64,000 nucleotides of DNA from Hydrolagus colliei (taxonomy: Eukaryota), in NCBI GenBank assembly GCA_035084275.1, contig JAYJKW010000100.1, positions 1,302,001 through 1,366,000 on the forward strand, given 5' to 3'. How positions within the stretch are numbered: the stretch's first letter is position 1; every line of letters starts with the position of its first letter. Below, piece after piece: positions 36,445 to 47,965 of the stretch. The notes below the pieces were generated by a model that did no database searches, had not been told where the DNA came from, and saw only the letters and a program-made list of their open reading frames with translations. The translations under genes and the position numbers were made by a program.

Positions 36445-36755
36445 ACTGCAGCTCAGCGGTTAAAAAAACTCACCATACACTCACCTTGTGTGCGAATCCA
36501 AGCAGGTGAGAGCCAAACCTTGGACAAGTTTCCTTACTCACACCCACAAACATAATAATAATCCATCCAAAAAGACCCACAATAATAAAAATTGATGATA
36601 TTCAATCCACGACTGTTCATGGGACACGCACAGTCGTGGATTGATGTATGCAATTAGCTTGATAGTATACTCTGTGAAGCACTTTGAGGCAATGATAAGA
36701 TCTGAAAAGCGCTACCTATATCAAATGCAAGGATTATTATTATTATTATTAATTA
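36445..36755 (+). mobile_element. DeuSINE-type copy
   Basis: Head gcagctcagcggtt...gcgaatcc, body aaaccttggacaagtttccttactc, tail ending in (att)n. Confidence 0.7.
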
Positions 36756-37399
36756 TTCTTCAACCGTAGAAACCTGGAGGACCGAGCCAGTAGAACAGTG
36801 GAGGAGAACAGTGGAGGAGAAAAGAGGCCTGAGCTGAGTGAGTGTGTGTGTGGGGCTCAGGGGAGGGGAGAAGTGACGAGCGGTGATTGGCAGACAAGTC
36901 ACAGGTCGTCCTGGGCCTGACACACATTCTGGGACATAACACAAGGCGGCAAATTCAAATTGTGTTTAGTCAGCACTTGACTGTGGCCGGGGAGTGTGGA
37001 GATGTCCCCATGATCTGAGAGGTTCCTCTCACACACAACAAGGGAGTGAGGTCTCGTCAATAAGTCAATATTCACAACATTCAGGTGCATGAGACCTCAC
37101 ACTCTCACTGCCCCTGTACACAGCCCGTCCGTCTGGGAATGTCAGTGATCAGTTGAATGATATTTGTTACAGCGTGGGTCAGAATCAGGGAAAAATCAAT
37201 CGAAAAATACATTGCCCAAAGTATTGTCACTGTGTGATGGGTGAGGAAGGCTTGTGTGGCTGACCACCTGATCTTTTGTCCCAATCTGAATGACCAGGGC
37301 GGGCGGGTGGATCGATGCATCGATGAAGGATGTGAGAGAGGACAGAGACACAGACACAGAGAGAGATGGAGAGAGTGAGTGTGAGAGACAGAGCTACGT

Positions 37400-38890
37400 C
37401 CTACCCCCCCCCACCACCTCTCTCTCCTTTCACACGCTCTGTCTCTCCCTCCCCTTCACACTCTCTCTCTCCCCTCTCTCTGTGCCTCTCTCCCCTGTCT
37501 CTCTCTATCTCTGTCCCTCTCCTCCCTCTCTCTGTCACTCTCTCCCCTGTCCCTCTCTCTGTGTCCCTCTCCCCCCTCTCTCTGTCCCTCTCTCCACTGT
37601 CTCTCTCTCTCTCTGTCCCTCTCTTCCCTCCCTTCCCTCTCTCTGTGCCTCTCTCCCCTGTCTCTCTCTCTCTGTCCCTCTCTATCTGTCCCTCTCCCCC
37701 CCTCTCTCCCCTCTCTCTATCCCTCTCTCCCCGTCCCTCTCTTCCCTCTCTGTCCCTCTCTTCCCTCTCTCTGTCCCTCTCTTCCCTCTCTCTGTCCCTC
37801 TCTCCTCTCCCTCTCTCTCTCTCTCTATGTCCATCTCTCCCCTGTGCCTCTCTATGCCCTCTCTCCCCTTTCCCTCTCTCTCTCTGTCCCTCACTTCCCT
37901 CTCTCTGTCCCTCTCTCCCCCCTGTCTCTCTCTCTCTATGTCCCTCTCTCCCCTGTCCCTCTATATTTCACTCTGTCCCCTGTCCCTCTCTCTGTCTCTC
38001 TCTCTCTCTCCCCTGTCCCCCTCTCTCTGTCCCTCTTTCCCCTGTCCATCTCTCTCTGTCCCTCTCTCTCTCTGTCCCTCTCTCTCTGTCCCTCTCTCTC
38101 TGTCCCTCTCTCTCTGTCCCCCTCTCTCCCCCCTCTCTCAGTCCCTCCCCCCCCTCTCTCTCTCTCTGTCACTCTCTCTCAGTCCCTCTCGCCCCCCTCT
38201 CTCCCCTTTCCCTCTCTCTCTATGTCCCTCTCTCCCCTGTCCCTTTATATGTCACTCTGTCCCCGGCCCCTCTCTCTGTCTCTCTCTATCTCCCCTGTCC
38301 CTCTCTCTCTGTCCCTCTCTCCCATGTCCCTCTCTCTCTCTGTCCCTCTCTCTCTCTGTCCCTCTCTCTCTCTGTCCCTCTCCCCCTCTCTCTCTCTGTC
38401 CCTCTCTCCCCTGTCCCCCCCTCTCTCTCTGTCCCCTTCACTCTGTCCCGCCCCCCCCCCCCTCTCTCTGTCACTGTCTCTCTGTCCCTCTTCCCCCCCT
38501 CTCTCTCTGTCCATCTCTCTCTCTGTCCCTCTCCCACCTCTCTCTGTCCCTCTCTCCCCCCTCTGTATGTCCCTCTCTCCCCTGTCCCTCTCTCTCTCTG
38601 TCCCTCTCTCCCCTGTTCCTCTCGCTCTCTGGCCCTCTCTCCATTTTCTCTGTCTCTGTCCCTCTAACCCCCCTCTCTCTGTCTCTGTCCCTCTCTCCCC
38701 TGTCCCTCTCTCTCTCTGTCCCTTTCTCCCCACTCTCTGTCTCTCTCTCCCCTCTCTCTGTCTATATCCCTCTCTCCCCTGTCCCTCTCTCTCTCTGTCC
38801 CTCTCTGTGACTCTCTCTCCCCTGTCACACTCTCTGTCCCTCTCTTCCCTGTCCCTCTCCCTCCCCTGTCCCTCTCTCCCCTGTCACACA
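37400..38890. repeat. Polypyrimidine (CT/CTGTC-rich) low-complexity tract
   Basis: Almost purine-free plus strand; the 400-500 aa S/L/P ORFs are artefacts. Confidence 0.92.
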
Positions 38891-39338
38891 CACTCTCTCG
38901 TCATGACGAGGACCAACCTAGTCGCGACGAGAGAGAGAAAGACACACAGAGACAGTAAGAGAGATGGAGAGACACAGACACGCAGAGAGACACAGAGAGA
39001 GACAGAGAGACACATACTCTCTCTACCTAGCGTTCGTAGAGACAGAGATGGAGAGACAGACAGACACAGAGAGAGAGACAGACACACACTCACTGACACT
39101 ATGTGTGTATATAGAGACACAGACACAGAGACAGAGACACACACACAGATAGAGACACATTATTTATTATTCACACCCACCCACACACAGAAAGATAAAT
39201 ACCCACACACACAGATAGCCACACACACACACAGATTCACACACACACAGATTTACACACATTCACACTCACAGATAGCCACACACACACAGAGATAAAG
39301 ACACACTCACATCATTATCATTATTTATTCATATCTTC

Positions 39339-39614
39339 CTACCTCTCCCCCCTCTCCCTCTCTCCCTCCCTCTCCCCCTTTCCCTCCCTCTGCCCGTGTC
39401 CCTCCCTCTCCCTCTCTCCCTCCCCCTCCCTCTCCCTCTTCCTCTTCCAGAGCTTTGAGAATGTCCCTGGTTTCGGGATCAGGTCCCAGATCTGTCCCCG
39501 GGCTGAGACTGGGTCTCGATCCCGCGACACGCAGAGGAACGTAGTCCACAGGAAAGCACAGGCACCCACATAGGCCGTGCGTAGGTACACAGGGACGAGG
39601 GCAAAGTTACTAGC
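39339..39614 (-). CDS. mpv17l: Mpv17-like protein, last coding exon
   Basis: ctccccaag|GCT acceptor. ASNFALVPVYLRTAYVGACAFLWTTFLCVS matches MPV17L (recalled TNFSLVPVQWRTAYAGVCGFLWATFICFS). TAG at 39339; AATAAA at 39324-29. Confidence 0.9.
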   Translation of the reverse strand, partial: ASNFALVPVYLRTAYVGACAFLWTTFLCVSRDRDPVSARGQIWDLIPKPGTFSKLWKRKREREGEGEREREGHGQREGKGEREGERERGER

Positions 39615-40244
39615 CTTGGGAGACAGAGAGAGGGAGAGAGACTGAGAGAGTGTGAGAGAGACTGAGAGAGACTGAGACACAGAGAGAGAGACTGAGAGAG
39701 TGGAGAGAGAGTGTGAGAGAGACGGAGAGAGAGAGAGACAGAGAGTGTGATAGAGAGTCTATGAGACTGGTAGCGTGTGAGAGAGACTGAGAGAGAGACT
39801 GAGTGAGTGTGAGAGAGACTGAGGCACGCAGAGAGAGGCTGAGAGAGTGTGAGAGAGAGTGAGAGAGACTGAGACACACAGTTAGAGACTGCGAGAGTGG
39901 AGAGAGAGTGTGAGAGAGACTGAGTGAGTGTGAGAGAGGGTGAGAGAGTGTGTGAGACTGGGAGAGTGTGAGAGAGACTGAGAGAGTGAATGAGTGAGTG
40001 TGAGAGAGTGAGAGAGACTGAGGAATGCAGAGAGAGACTGAGAGAGATATTGAGAGAGTGTGAGAGAGACTGGGAGACTGTGAGAGAGACTGCAAGAGTG
40101 TAAGAGAGACAGAGACTGTGAGAGACTGAGAGAATGTGAGAGAGACTGCGAGAGTGTGAGAGAGTGTGTGAGTGAGACAGGAAGACAGAGAAAGTGGGAG
40201 AAGTAGAGAGAGAGAGAGAGACTGAGATTGAGAGAATGTATTAC

Positions 40245-40274
40245 CTGTGCAATAGACCAAAAAACGACTCCTGT
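40245..40274 (-). CDS. mpv17l: Mpv17-like 30-nt exon (TGVVFWSIAQ)
   Basis: tttgtttcag| acceptor and cag|gtaata donor, phase 0/0; corresponds to MPV17L SGLMYWPFVQ. Confidence 0.85.
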
Positions 40275-40409
40275 CTGAAACAAAAATAAAATGAGTATAA
40301 AATATATATATATATATGTGAGTGTGTCTGTGCTTGTGTGTCTGTGTGTGTGTCTGTATTGTGTGTGTCTGTGCTTGTGTGTGCGTATGTCTGTTTGCGT
40401 ATGTGTGAC

Positions 40410-40480
40410 CTTGTAAGTCTCCCAAAATTTTTCTCGTGTCTCTGACAGACAATCTTTGTGCCCTTCGAGAATATTTAACC
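40410..40480 (-). CDS. mpv17l: Mpv17-like 71-nt exon (GLNILEGHKDCLSETREKFWETYK)
   Basis: ttgttttcag| acceptor and aag|gtcaca donor, phase 1/0; corresponds to GMSILQGKDDIFLDLKQKFWNTYL. Confidence 0.88.
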
Positions 40481-40893
40481 CTGAAAACAAAATACATTTT
40501 CACTCTTTCTGGCTCTCTCTCTGTCTCTCTCACACAGTCGCAATCTCAGTCTCTCTCTTCTCTTTCTCTGTCCCTCTCACACAGTCTCAATCTCAGTCTC
40601 TCTCTTCTCTCTATCTCTCTCTCACACAGTCTCAATTTCAGTCTCCATTTCAATATCAATTTCAATCTCAATTTCAAGTTAAATTTCAAAATCAATCTCA
40701 GTCTCTCTCTCAGTCTCGCTCGCGCACTCGCTCGTGCACTCGCTCACTCACTCACTCACTCACTCACTCACTCACTCACTCACTCACTCACTCACTTCCC
40801 AGTTTCAATCTCAGTCACTATCTCTCTCTCAGTCTCACTCTCTCAGTCTCAATCTCAGTCCCTCCCTCCCGCACTCCGAGAGAGTGTAGTTAC

Positions 40894-41094
40894 CGGTATA
40901 ATAGGCTGTGATGGTGACGGGAGAGGCTACGAGCTGATCTACAGCTGTCTTGAGCAGGACTCGCGAGGCTTCCCTTCCAGGCCACACTCTCTCCAACCCT
41001 CTCAGCCACCAGTAGTTGAAGTTGGCGTGAAAAACAGTGCCGAGAACAGCCATTCGCACGGTTCGATCCCAGTCTAAGCCACTCCCTCCCTCTC
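40894..41094 (-). CDS. mpv17l: Mpv17-like exon 2
   Basis: atgtttcag| acceptor and g|gtaact donor. DWDRTVRMAVLGTVFHANFNYWWLRGLERVWPG...DQLVASP contains the FHANFNY-WL signature. Confidence 0.92.
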
Positions 41095-41276
41095 CTGAAA
41101 CATAAGAATAAAAACAATAGTGTGTGTGTGTCAGAGACTGTGTACGTGTGTCAGAGTGTGTGTGTGTGTGTGTGTGTGTCTCTCAGTCTCTCTGTCAATC
41201 GCACACACAACAACACAGACACACAAACCACAGACACACACCCTCACACACACACACACTCTCACGTACAATGTAC

Positions 41277-41397
41277 CTTTTGCCCCCCACTGCGAAACAA
41301 CATCGGCTGCTGTAAACAGCGTACCATACACACACAGGTTACACAGCCACGGCCTGCGTTTAGCCCATCCCAGGGACGCGGAGAACAACACAGACAT
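41277..41397 (-). CDS. mpv17l: Mpv17-like first coding exon
   Basis: MSVLFSASLGWAKRRPWLCNLCVYGTLFTAADVVSQWGAK plus G|gtacat, phase 1, in frame with the next exon. Confidence 0.85.
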
Positions 41398-41589
41398 GGA
41401 AGGCAGGATGTGTGTCTCTCTGTCTCTCCCTCGTCTGTCTGTCTGTTTCCTTCGTCTGTGTGTGTGTCTATGTGTGTGTGTAGTATGAGTATGTGTGTGT
41501 GTATATGATTTTGTGTGCGTGTCTGTGTGTCTGTATGTGTGTATATGACTGTGTTTGTGTGTCTGTGAGTGTGTGTGTGTGTTTCTCTC

Positions 41590-42660
41590 TCCCACAGTCT
41601 CTCAATCTCAGACTCTCACTATCTGTGTGTGTGTCTTTCTATGTGTGTCTCAGCTCTGACTGACTTGCTCTCTCTGTCTCTCTCGTCGTCTGTGTGTGTA
41701 TGTCTCTGTCTGTGTGTGTGATGAGTGAGTGAGTGTGTGTCTGTGCGTGTCCTCAACTCTTCCTCGCTCTCTGTCTCTCTCAGTCTCTCTCCCTGCCTCC
41801 CTCACACTCACTTCCCTCCGTCTCAGTGTCGACCACAGAACCCACACCCCACAACCCACAGTTGAACTGCAGAAAAAACAGGAATAAGACTCTCTCTCTC
41901 TGTCTCACTCAGTCTCTGTCTCTCTCTCTCTCACACACACACACAGACTCAATGAAACAGTTTTAGCAAATTGCCAGCCGCAAATAGTCTCTCTCTCTCT
42001 CGACACAGACTCACACACACGCACATCAATCAACACACTCTCCGTCTCTCTGTCTCTCACACACAGACACACGTGCACACACACACATCGTGTGTATGTG
42101 TGTGTGAGTGTGTCTCTGTGCGTGCATGTGTGTGTGTGTGTGTGTCTCTCTCTCCCTCAGTCTCTCAATCTCAGTCTCTCACTCTCTGTGTGTGTCTTTG
42201 TGTATGTGTCTCAGCTCTGACTGACTTGCTCTCTCTGTCTCTCTCGTCCTGTGTGTATGTATGTCTCTGTGTGTGTGATGAGTGAGTGAGTGAGTGTGTC
42301 TGTGGGTGTCCTCAACTCTTCCTCGCTCTCTGTCTCTCACAGTCTCTCTCTCTCCCTCCCTCACACTCACTTCCCTCTGTCTCAGTGTCGACCACAGAAC
42401 CCACCCCCCACAAACCACAGTTGAACTTCAGAAAAAACAGGAATAAGACTCTCTCTCTCAGTCTCTCTCTCTCACACACACACAAACACAGACTCAATGA
42501 AACAGTTTTAGCAAATTGCCAGCCGCAAATAGTCTCTCTCTCTTTCGACACAGACTCACACACACGCACATCAATCAACACACTCTCAGTCTCTCTGTCT
42601 CTCACACACAGATACACGAGCACACACACACATCGTGAGTGTGTCTCTGTGCGTACATGT
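41590..42660. repeat. Tandem duplication of ~560 bp
   Basis: The unique core ctcagtgtcgaccacagaaccc...gttgaact..aaaaaacaggaataagac occurs at ~41822 and ~42382, with matching flanks. Confidence 0.85.
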
Positions 42661-42699
42661 GTGTGAGTGTATATGTGTGTATGTGAGTTGTTTGCGTGT

Positions 42700-43188
42700 G
42701 CGTGTATGGGGGTCTGTGGCTTGTGAGAGAGAGAAAGGGGCAAGGGCTCTAACCCACTCAGCCACAGAGAGAGAGAGAGACTGAGACACACAGAGAGACA
42801 GAGAGAGAGACTGAGACACACAGAGAGACAGACTGAGACACACAGAGCGAGTGCGAGAGGAGACTGAGACACACAGAGAGACTGAGACACACACAGAGAC
42901 AGAGAGGTGGAGGGGTTAAGGACACACACACACAATTACATACACTCACTTGGACCACAAATTTTCTCGTTAACAGGAGGTTAATGTGACTTGTAGGCAA
43001 TGAGTCTTGAGAAACATTTCACCCCCCCCCCCCCCCCATTCCCCTCCCCACTTCTTTCTCTCTGTCTGTCACTGTGTCTAACTCTCCCTCAGTCACTGTG
43101 ACTCAATCTCTCTCTCAGTGTGTGTCTCTCTGAGTCTCCATCTGTCTCTCTCTCTTTCTCTGTCAGTCTCTCTTTCTCTGCGTCTCAG

Positions 43189-43219
<31 letters not shown>

Positions 43220-46200
43220 CTCAGTCTCTCTCCGTGTCTCAATCTTTCTCTTTNNNNNNNNNNNNNNNNNNNNNNNNNNNNNNNNNNNNNNNNNNNNNNN
43301 NNNNNNNNNNNNNNNNNNNNNNNNNNNNNNNNNNNNNNNNNNNNNNNNNNNNNNNNNNNNNNNNNNNNNNNNNNNNNNNNNNNNTGTCTCAGTCTCTCAC
43401 TCTCTCTCTCTCTCTCTCTCTCCCCCCATCTTTCTCTATCAGTGTCTCAGCCTCTTTCTGTTTCTTAATTGAAACCAGATGTTGACGAGGAGGAAGGCAT
43501 GTGAGTCAAACAGGAGAGAGAGCGAGGGAGCTAGTGAGACACACCCTCAGATAAAGAACAGAGATTGAGAGGATCACACACATCCTTGAACTAACTCACA
43601 AAGAATATATACACAGAGAGAGAGAGAGGTGAGGATAATTTTATTTGTGTGTGTCTGAGTGTGTGAGAGACACAGAAAGCGTGTGTGTGTCTGCGTGTGT
43701 CTGTGTGTGAGAGCCAGAGAGAGACTGAGTGTATGTGTGTGTATGTCTGTGTATGTGAGAGACAGAGCGGGACTGAGTGTGTGTGTCTGTAAGTGTGAGA
43801 GACAGAGAGACTGAGACAGTGTGTGTGTATGTGTGTATGTGAGAGACTGAGAGAGACTGAGTATGTGTGTGTCTGTGAATGAGACGGAGAGACTGAGAGA
43901 GTGTGTGTGTGTCTGCCTGTGAGAGACAGAGTGTGTGTCTGTCTGTGTGTGAGAGTGTGACTGTGCAGCATGTGTGTCAGTGTGTGAATGGGGGCCTGTG
44001 GATTGCCAGAGAGAGAGAGAGAGAGGCCAGGGCTCTAACCCACTGAGCCACAGAGAGAGAGAGATTGAGAGTGCTTGTCTGTATGTGAGACACAGAGAGA
44101 CACTGAGAGAGTGTGTGTGTGAGAGACAGAGCGCGTGTCTGCGTGTGCGTCTGAGTGTGTGAGAGACTGAGAGACTGAGACACACATTATGTGTGTGTGT
44201 GTCTGTGTGTGTGAGAGACAGGGAGATTGAGACAGTGTGTGTGTGTGTCAGTGTGCATGAGAGACAGAGAGAGAGACTGAGAGTGTGTGTGTCTGTGTGT
44301 GATAGACGGAGAGAGAATGTGTATCTGTGTGTGTGAGAGAGAGACTGAGAGTGTGTGTCTGTGTGTGAGAGACAGAGAGAGACTGAGAGAGTGTGTGTGT
44401 GTCAGTGAGTGAGAGACAGGGACAGTTTGGGTGTGTGTGTGTGTGTCTGTGAGTGCGTCTGAGTGTGTGAGAGACTAAGTGAGTGTGTGTGAGAGACTGA
44501 GAGCGGGACTGAGAGTGTGTGTGTGTCTGTATGTGTGAGATACAGAGAGCGGGACTGAGAGGTGACTATGGGTGAGAGACAGAGAGACTGAGACTGTGTG
44601 TGTGTGTGTCTGTGTGTATGAGAGACATAGAGAGAGAGACTGAGAGTTTGTGTGACTGTGTGTGAGACGGAGAGACTGAGAGAGTGTGTGTGTGTGTCTG
44701 CCTGTGAGAGACAGAGTGTGTGTCTGTGTATGTGAGTGTGTCTGTGCGTGCATGTGTGTCAGTGTGTGTATGGGGGCCTGGGGCTTGCGAGAGAGAGAGA
44801 GAGGCCAGGGCTCTAACCCACTGAGCCACACAGAGAGTCAGAGAGAGAGACTGAGACACAGAGAGAGAATGAGAGAGGAGTCTGGACAAACACAGAGTCA
44901 GAGAGAGAGAGAGGTGGGAGGGTTAACGACATACAGACACACACTCTCCGACCACAAATCTTCTCGTTAACAGGAAGTTAATGTGACTCGTAGGCAAGGA
45001 GTCTTGAGAACCATTTCACTCCCCCACCTCTTTCTGTCTGTCTGTCACTGTGTCTCAGTGACTCATTCACTCTCAGTCTGTGTCTCTCTATGTGTCTCTC
45101 TGAGTCTCCCTCTGTCTCTCTCTCTCTTTCTCTGTCAGTCTCTCTCTCTCTCTGTGTCTCAGTCTCTCTCCCAGTCTCTCTCTGTGTTTCAGTCTCTCTG
45201 TCTCAGTCTCTCTCCCTCTGTGTCCCAGTCTCTCTCTGTGTGTGTTTCTCTTTCTCTTTGTCTCAGTCTCTCTCCCCCTCGGTCTCTCTCTCTGTCTCAG
45301 TCTCTCTCCCTGTGTCTCAGTCTCTTTCTGTCTGTTTGTGTATCTCTTAGTCTCTCTCCCTCTCAATCTCTCTGTCTGTCAGTCCCTCTCTGTCTCAGTC
45401 TCTCTCCCTCTGTGTCTCAGTCTCTCCCTCTCTGTTTGTGTGTGTGTCTCAGTCTCTCTCTCTCCCCATCTCTCTCTGTCAGTGTCTCAGCCTCTTTCTG
45501 TCTCTTATTTGAAACCAGATGTTGATGAGGAGGAAGGCATATGTGTCAAACAGGAGACAGAGCGAGGGAGCGAGAGATAGGGAGAGTGAGACACACCCTC
45601 AGATAAAAAAAACAGAAGTTGAGAGGAACACACACATCCTTGACNNNNNNNNNNNNNNNNNNNNNNNNNNNNNNNNNNNNNNNNNNNNNNNNNNNNNNNN
45701 NNNNNNNNNNNNNNNNNNNNNNNNNNNNNNNNNNNNNNNNNNNNNNNNNNNNNNNNNNNNNNNNNNNNNNNNNNNNNNCACTGAGAGTGTCTGCCTGTGA
45801 GAGACTGAGTGTGTGTCTGTGTATGTGAGTGTATCTGTGTATGTGAGTGTATCTGTGTATGTGAGTGTGTCTGTGCGTGCATGTGTGTGAGTGTGTGTGT
45901 GAATGGGGGCCTGTGGATTGCGAGAGAGAGAGAGAGAGAGGCCACGGCTCTAACCCACTGAGAGAGAGACTGAGTGTGTGTGTGTGTCTGTGTGTGAGAG
46001 AGAGACTGAGAGTGTTTGTCTGTGTGTGAGACACAGGCAGAGACTGAGAGAGTGTGCGTTGCTGTGTGTGAGAGACAGAGCGTGTGTGTCTGTGTGTGCG
46101 TCTGAGTGTGTGAGAGACTGAGACACACATTATGTTTATGTCTGTGTGTGTGAGAGACAGAGAGACTTAGACAGTGTCTGTTTGTCTTTGTGTATGAGAG

Positions 46201-47200
46201 ACAAAGAGAGAGACTGAAAGTGTGTGTATCTGTGTCTGAGAGACGGGGATAGACTGAGAGTGTGTGTATCTGTGTGTGTGAGAGAGAGACTGAGAGTGTG
46301 TGTCGGTGTGTGAGAGACTGAGAGTGTGTGTATGTATGTGTGTATGAGAGGCAGAGAGAGAGACTGAGAGTGTGTGTGTCTGTGTGTGAGAAACGGAGAT
46401 ACTGAGAGAGTGTTTGCGTGTCTGCCTGTGAGAGACAGAGTGTGTGTCTGTCTGTGTGTGAAAGTGGGTCTGTGTATGTGAGTGTGTCTGTGCGAGCATG
46501 TCTGTGCAACCTCTTCCTGTCTCTTAATTTAAACCAGATGTTGACGAGGAGGCAGACATATGAGTCATACAGGAGAGAGAGCGAGGGAGAGAATGAGGCA
46601 CACCCTCAGATACAGAACAGAAGTTGAGAGGAGCACACACATCCTTGACCGAATCCACAAAGAAGATATATACACAGAGATAGAGAGAGGTAGGATAATT
46701 TTATTTGTGTGTATTTGAGTGTGTGAGAGAGAGAAAGCGTGTGTGTGTCTGCGTGTGTGAGAGAGAGAGAGAGACTGAGAGTGTGTCTGTGTGTGAGAGA
46801 CAGAGAGACTGAGAGTTTGTGTACCCGCGTGTGAGAGACAGAGAGAGAATGAGAGTGTTTGTGTGTCTGCCTGTAAGAGACAGAGTGTGACTGAGAGAGT
46901 GTGTCTGTCTGTGAGAGTGTTTCTGTGTCTGTGTGTGTCTGTGCGTGCATGTGTCTGAGTGTGTGAGACAGAGAGACTGAGAGTATATGCGTGTGTCTGT
47001 GTGTATGAGAGACTGAGAGTGTGTGTATCTGTGTGTGAGATTGAGAGACTGAAATAGTGGTTTTGTTTCTACGTCTGAGAGACAGCGTGTGACTGAGAGT
47101 GTGTGTATCTTGTCTCTCTCTCAGTCTCTCTCTCTCTGTCTCTCCGTCTCCATCTCTCTCTCACTATCGTCACATTCCTGAGACTTCTTCAGACTTGAAT
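42700..47200. repeat. Degenerate 1-2 kb tandem segmental repeats embedded in GA/GT microsatellite
   Basis: Recurrent unique cores: gggctctaacccact (~42745, 44030, 44810, 45945), aaaccagatgttga (~43471, 45511, 46531), ttctcgttaacagga (~42964, 44961). Confidence 0.8.
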
Positions 47201-47965
47201 GGTTTACTTAATATGGGCAGAATTTGGCCGACAGTGAGAGAGAGAGGGTGTGAGAGAGACTGAGAGAGAGTGAGAGAGACTGAGCCAGTGTGAAAGAGTG
47301 TGAGAGGATGTCAGAATATTCTGACAGATAACGGTTCCTAATATTGGGTGTGGCACTTCCGAGATATGTGTGTCTGTGTCTGTGACTGTGATGTATCAGA
47401 AAATTGTCGATTTGCCAAAATCAACACTTTATTTATTGGAAATATTTTTCTCGTTGTTGACAGCAACACGTCCGTCTCTCTCAGTCTCTCTCTCAATCAG
47501 TCTCAGTCTTTCTGTCTTAGTCTCTCTCTCTGTCAGTCTCAGTCTTTCTGTTTCAGTCTCTCTCTCAGTCAGTCTCAGTCTCTCTCTCAGTCTCAGTCTT
47601 TCTGTCCTAGTCTCTCTCTCAGTTAGTCGCAGTCTCTCTCTCTCAGTCTCAGTCTGTCTGTTTCAGTCTCTCTCTCTCTCAGTCTTTCTTTCTCAGTCTT
47701 TCTCTCTCAGTCTCTCTCTCCATGTTAGTCTCTCTGTCTCTCAGTCTATCTCAATCTCAGTCTCTCTCTCTCAGTGTCTCTCTCTGTCTCTCTCTCTGAG
47801 TCTTCCTCTCGGTTTCAGTCTCTCTGTCTCTTTCTCTCTCTCAATCAGTCTCTCCCTCCCTCCCCCTCTCAGTCTCTCTCTCTTTCAGTCTCTCTATCTC
47901 AGTCTCACAAACCCTCTCTCTCTCTCTCTCTCTCCTCAGCCTCGCAGACCCCCATCCCCAACAAA

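Noticed and set aside
37290-39298. 400-500 aa ORFs rich in S/L/P/C (also 23931-25065, 47370-47960, 50936-52345)
   Set aside because: Translations of stop-poor microsatellite and minisatellite DNA.
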